A stretch of DNA of 43,918 bases from Chloroflexi bacterium GWC2_73_18 (lineage in GTDB: Bacteria > Chloroflexota > Limnocylindria > Limnocylindrales > CSP1-4): NCBI GenBank assembly GCA_001794945.1, contig MGMJ01000118.1, forward strand, positions 69,596 to 113,513, read 5' to 3'. Under the pieces are notes generated by a model, which was not told where the DNA came from, searched no databases, and saw nothing but the letters and a program-made list of their open reading frames with translations. Shown here in pieces: positions 43,455-43,918 of the stretch. The position numbers and the translations under genes were made by a program. How positions within the stretch are numbered: the stretch's first letter is position 1; each line of letters begins with the position of its first letter.

Positions 43455-43918
43455 CTACTCGCCGGGCCTGAAGTAGTACCCCGCGAACGCGTCGCATCCG
43501 TCGGCCGTGACGCCTGGGGCGCACCCGGTCGCCCAGACGGCGACCCGGCCCTGCCAGGCATGGAGCTCGCCGAAGCCCTGGTAGACGCCCCTTCCGGACC
43601 AGGCGAAACCCTCGAACGTCGCCGTCCAGCTGCCGGCGAAGCCGCCGTCGAAGGCGTCGAGCACGTAGCTGGCGGTCCCCCACATCGTGCCGTCACCGGT
43701 CGCGAGGTCGAGGTTCCAGCTCGCGGTGAGGAGCCCGTCGCCCGTGACGTAGTTGCCGCCCTCGGCCTCGCTGACGGCTGTCCAGCCGCGCACGTGCATG
43801 ATCCTTCCCTCGTTGCTGAACCAGGTCCGGCCGCCGTCGATCACCCGGTACGTCTCGGTCGCCGAGACCGGGATCCGGGTCGTCGTCGCGCTTGCCGGCG
43901 CCGCCAGGGCGAAGAAGA
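43455..43918 (-). CDS. Hypothetical secreted protein (5' end runs off the window)
   Basis: The frame stays open to the window edge beyond the track start (43844). The upstream residues ..FFALAAPASA|TTTRIPV look like the end of a signal peptide. The mature part is Gly/Trp/Thr-rich, with no recognisable domain. Confidence 0.5.
   Translation of the reverse strand, partial: FFALAAPASATTTRIPVSATETYRVIDGGRTWFSNEGRIMHVRGWTAVSEAEGGNYVTGDGLLTASWNLDLATGDGTMWGTASYVLDAFDGGFAGSWTATFEGFAWSGRGVYQGFGELHAWQGRVAVWATGCAPGVTADGCDAFAGYYFRPGE

Noticed and set aside
42089-43918. Genomic island or prophage integrated at the tmRNA 3' end
   Set aside because: There is no integrase, no direct repeat of the ssrA 3' end, and no compositional break visible in the 1.8 kb available. 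This cannot be excluded beyond the window edge.

Overview
High-GC bacterial chromosomal segment of 43.9 kb. It is densely coding and mostly housekeeping.

**Left third**
- An ABC-2 exporter and a PiT phosphate transporter.
- A membrane-anchored (DUF4118-like) LuxR regulator, divergent from a 6.5-kb operon. That operon holds three tandem-USP genes, a Na+/Ca2+-exchanger-family protein and a P2-type (Ca2+-like) ATPase.
- A DUF2344-like gene, then an AI-2E permease coupled to a J-domain protein.
- A minus-strand operon (CBS pair, ArsB/NhaD permease, CPA2 antiporter), divergent from the c-di-AMP receptor gene darA.

**Centre**
- mreD-mrdA-rodA on the minus strand diverges from a long plus-strand array: parA-parB-gyrB-(hotdog thioesterase)-(AlkD-like)-gyrA-prs-secA-DUF218-(Cys-rich ORF)-prfB.
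- A perfect consensus parS sits in the divergent gap.

**Right**
- A CapA-like lipoprotein, ftsE-ftsX-S41 peptidase, smpB and tmRNA.
- Three secreted or lipoprotein genes of unknown function.

I saw no CRISPR array, transposase, integrase, rRNA or tRNA.

**Most interesting unexplained signals**
1. An orphan promoter-to-terminator unit of about 220 nt upstream of pit, suggesting an unannotated sRNA.
2. A 75-codon, 8-Cys ORF with its own strong promoter, overlapping the prfB start.
3. A leader ahead of smpB consisting of a promoter, a strong SD, a micro-ORF and a hairpin.
4. Unusual operon contexts: three USP genes with Ca2+ efflux genes; darA beside a DarB-like CBS protein and cation transporters; two extra genes wedged into gyrBA.

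**Limits**
- All family calls come from motif recognition by eye. No database search or folding program was available.
- Many long ORFs in the track are antisense or out-of-frame artefacts typical of high-GC DNA.
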